From the NCBI RefSeq assembly GCF_964355755.1, contig NC_092680.1, positions 2,232,001 to 2,296,000 of the forward strand: 64,000 nucleotides of DNA. Reading direction: 5' to 3'. The notes below the pieces were generated by a model. It saw only the letters and a list, made by a program, of their open reading frames with translations, did not search any database and was not told the DNA's origin. Shown piece by piece: positions 59,807 through 64,000 of the stretch; the first letter of the stretch is position 1; every line of letters starts with the position of its first letter. Source of the stretch: Antedon mediterranea. Taxonomy: Eukaryota; Animalia; Echinodermata. Made by a program: the position numbers and the translations under genes.

Positions 59807-62437
59807 AAAATAGAAACAGTGTGTATAGAACAATAGGCCTAATTAATTTATATTTATTCACGTATATACGGTACTCCATCGTTATCATCACTTTGTTGTT
59901 TTTCGGTGGTAAAACAACAATATTGCGGTTTATATGTTTATAAGCGTAACCACCCTCTGCGTAGTTTGTATTGAATAGTACGCAGAATCGTAAATGTTTT
60001 AAGTTATGCAATATCCGTCATGACTGCAGGTCGCCATTCTTGTTGAACAGTTAATTCAATCTACAATGTCATGACCTGTGACTAGTTTATTCTCCGACTG
60101 TCTTCTTAATTATTGCTTTAATCAATCAGTACTGGCTTAACTCGCCACAATCAATTATTTATATAATGATATTAAATACAAATGATCATTGCAGTACAAC
60201 TTCTAAGAATTTTAAACTGTACAAATAATTACTAATAGTAGGCCTATTCATGACAATGACCATGACAACTTTTTTTTTTGTACGGTGAATTACAAATGAA
60301 AATATAACAAACAAAAATATTGTTTTTAACAGAAATTCATCACTGTATGTTTAAAGATATTACGTTGTTTAAACAAATGAGAAAAATTAAAAGTATGTAT
60401 TAATAATAACTTATTATTTATTTTAATTATTTAAGGCAAACAATTTATTTCGTTGAAATTAACTGTCTATGCCTACCCCTCCTCCGTTGTGGATAATAAC
60501 TAATGATTTTTGTCATTAATTTTCGCAATCCCTGTATTACATATTGTTCAGTATTTTTAATCCTAGCTTTGATGGAAATTTGTATAATAATGTATTTTTG
60601 TGATTTCAAACAGAAATAATGAGCCAGGATAAACGACAAACAATTATATATGACATTATGACATTATGTCGACAGTGATTCAATTATTAATATTTTGTTA
60701 TGTTAATATATACTGTTTTTGTTGCCAGTATATTAAAATTTCAGGAGACAATTTTAAAAAAATGTAAAAAAAGATCGTTTTTGCTAAATTCGTATTTAGA
60801 TTTAAATCATTATATCTATTTTTAAAAAACACTTAAAACCACTTAGTCCAATACCAACTTTATTTCTTTCTACTAGAGCGCCCCCTAATTCTAGAAGTTT
60901 TGAAACTTCCGGTCGATAAACTGGTCACTGATCACGTCGTATGATTAGTGCAACTGGTTGCATAGCAACAAGTTTTGACAACACCATCCTATTACCAGGT
61001 ATAAGTCCATTTTATTTACCGATTTGTAAATTATTCGATCTGTCTATATTCAACCCATGCTACGACACGCTTTATATGGACCAATGGTCATTTTAATTAT
61101 TTTAATTAATGTCTATATCCATCTAGCCTAATGTTTTATTGTTTAAATACCAACCAAGCGTATACGAATTCAGTTTGATGAGTTTTTTAAATGATTGCAA
61201 AATATATTTAGGCCTACAAAATGTATTTAAACCTGTAATATCATTTTTCTTTTGCTTCTATGTCATCTTATTTTAATGATTTAAATTTTGTTTCTAAAGT
61301 AGATTTTATTAAGATTTTAACCAGCCTGTTAGTGACGATGATTCGCTGTTGGTCTGGAAAATGAAATAGAATAAAATAAAAAATAAACACATTTGGATGT
61401 TATGCGATTTTTTTTTTATACCAGTATAATTTATAGTGAACCAGTAACTAAATTAGAATTATTGTTAATAATTAAACAAAGTTCAACGAAATTGTAACAT
61501 GGTTATGTCGTTATACATGCCAGCCATCATAGGATCAAAAGGCGTTGATTACTAGACTTAGTATTTAACCCGCAAATTTGTGATCTCTGTATATTTAGTG
61601 TTATCCTTGATTTACAACTTCCAAAAGTCTAAATTGGTTAGTTTTATTCTGCCAATTAAACCAGGGACGTTAGTAACGAAATTTATATTGTATGTCGCCG
61701 ATGAATAATATATTCGAATTCAATTTAAAAAGAACGAAATTTATTTTGACGTTTCCACTCTTTATTAAATATAAAACATATGTTCTATAAAAAGAAGTAA
61801 TGATTTCAGTAAAATATCATCATCCTTGTGACGAACTCCAATTATTTATATTTTAGGAACTTTTTGTAGAAAATCCCTTTAAAAGGATATAAATGAGAAT
61901 CCAAGTTGAACCACACAAACCAGAGGGATATTGTTGTTTGTACCGTAAGTAAATTTAGAATATTGAAATAAATTACCGCCTAACTAGGCCCTGTTATTTC
62001 AAAGCAAAATGTCAATGAATGTTACAAGTAAGGGGAGAGGAATCACTCTACTACCCTTGGTGACATCTTTGGTCCTACACAGAAATCTTGAAGGAGGTCA
62101 ATAGCTTTATTTTTGGATAAACTACTACACAATAACTCGGTTATCATTTGAGATTAAAGAAGCTTGTTTTTTTCACGTGCCCTGTACCACGCATCTTCTC
62201 CTCGCTTTTCGTATTCAATGTGGCTATTTTCAACATCTTATGTATATTTTTGCACATTTTAAAGTTTTCTTGCTTGATTTGTTTAATTGTAAATTAGTAC
62301 CAACTGCAGTCGGAATCTTAACTTTCATGTTAAAAAAACAAGTTATATAAACCTGTTAATCAGACGAGGCCTAACAGACGAACGAATTACAATAGGTATA
62401 CATCTTGATAACGACAAATGTAGGCAATTAGCCGGTA

Positions 62438-62584
62438 AGCTTGGTTCCCACTAGGACGTAACACTAGGACGCAACGCAAAGACGTAACGCAACGAAAAGT
62501 GATTTGACCAATCACAAGCGACGGATTATTTGAACAGTGACTCATTAGTCAATTCGCTTGCGTTGTGCGTACGTCCTTGCGTTT
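62438..62584. mobile_element. Fold-back MITE family C copy (right end lost)
   Basis: AGCTTGGTTCCCACTAGGACG...TGACCAATCACAAGCGA...CGCTTGCGTTG..TACGTCCTTGCG aligns with 3291-3434. Confidence 0.7.
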
Positions 62585-64000
62585 GATAACTGGTAAACGT
62601 TTGTTTCCAGAAAATCATAGGATGTTTTTGAATTTTTAGTGATATTATTATTGATTTTTTAAAATATTGAATATTCATAACATTTAAATGTTTAAATATC
62701 AAATTGTATGATTTCTCAGAATATTATTGTAGGTCTATTAAACTAATATCTTGTAGGTGTGCACATATAATTAATATTCATGACGTGAGTTACATGTTAT
62801 GAATATTCATATGCATGTTCGTTACACCTGGCTACAGGTGAGTTGCAATTAGTTTACTGGGATGAGAAAATTAATTTACAAATAAGATCAATTTTGTCGA
62901 TCACATTGAGAAACTAACTGCTCAAAAAGATTGTGTTTTCCCAATATTTTTCGAAATTTTTTGAATTGCTATGATTTCTCAGAAACTGCTTATTTGTATA
63001 TATACAAATTGCTGGCATACCTATTTAATATAGGCCTATATTGAAGTAAATAATAGAAATAAATACTACACTAATCGATTTATAGTTCCCAAACTGAAAC
63101 CTCTGTGCAAATGAAGAGGTCCCGTAATGTATCCGGTGTCCCCTTCCCTTTTCTTTCTCTCTTTTTTTGTGTTAATTTGTTTCAGCATGACAGAAAGAAA
63201 CAGTGATAAAGCTACAATAAAAACCCATGGTATTAATAAGTGTTTTAACATGCCCTTAGTTGTAGATTTCCAGTATGAAGACAGTATGACAAGAAGAGTT
63301 TAGTTAGATCTGAGCTGTGGATTACGTGCCTAGATATACCCGTCAAACGTTAAATGATACGAAACAATTTGATTTATATCGAGTTCATTTCTGCATATTT
63401 ATTCAACGAGCGGGAACACAACTGTGGTTTGATTCGTCAATGAGTTGCAACCTCCTCCCTCGTTTGAATAAAACACAAAATAAGGAACATAATCTTTCCG
63501 CCAAATCTCTTAAATCTGGTTCGCGTATACATCATGTTATATACGCTTGGTTTCTAATTTGACATTGTATATAATGTAATTCGACTGAGACTGAAAAAAA
63601 TTATATGTATTGTGGTAAAGGTTTTCGCGAGTCTTTCTGACACCATACGGATTCTAGTTCATTGTTTGTGGATATTTCCTCGGTTAGCAATATAAAGGTA
63701 AAGATTACGAGAGAAATGGTGATCTGAATGTCAACGTCTGCTTCAAAGGTCAATGCTTTCCAGGACTTAATGAACATAGTGTATTACCATTACATCAAAT
63801 CCTTCTCTTGATCTTTATACACAAATACAAACATTACTACTACCGGTATATAATAACAGCTAAACAGATGTTTTCCCAGAATACTAAAGATCGATACTTG
63901 GTAACTAATAACATATTAATTATACAACACATATTGGTAGACATTTATTAAATATTGGTAGACATTTATTAATATAATATAATAATAATAATACTGTACT

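Overview
AT-rich animal genomic DNA, probably from an invertebrate deuterostome and most likely an echinoderm. This is inferred from the COUP-TF sequence and a Deu/Nin-domain SINE. The only host protein-coding gene is a three-exon COUP-TF (NR2F) nuclear receptor on the minus strand (CDS join 45015..44418, 41986..41471, 34658..34384; 462 aa), lying in a gene desert. Downstream of it is a 286-bp satellite built from three imperfect palindromes (about 21.6-31.0 kb). The satellite is interrupted by an intact RTE-clade LINE with an 8-bp target-site duplication and about 835 bp of extra sequence at its 5' end. The rest is MITEs (Harbinger-like, Kolobok-like, DINE/HINE-like), a SINE, a decayed Rex/Babar LINE, a Penelope-type hammerhead relic and minisatellites. 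The most unusual signal lies 2.2-4.6 kb upstream of the COUP-TF start codon: an array of at least 13 same-strand copies of the 18-mer GGGAATCACATTAAATTA, separated by largely diverged spacers, with a 144-146 bp period in its core. Also notable are a strong excess of TAGGCCTA, seen once as an insertion at a TA site, and several DR1 elements that could allow COUP-TF to regulate itself.
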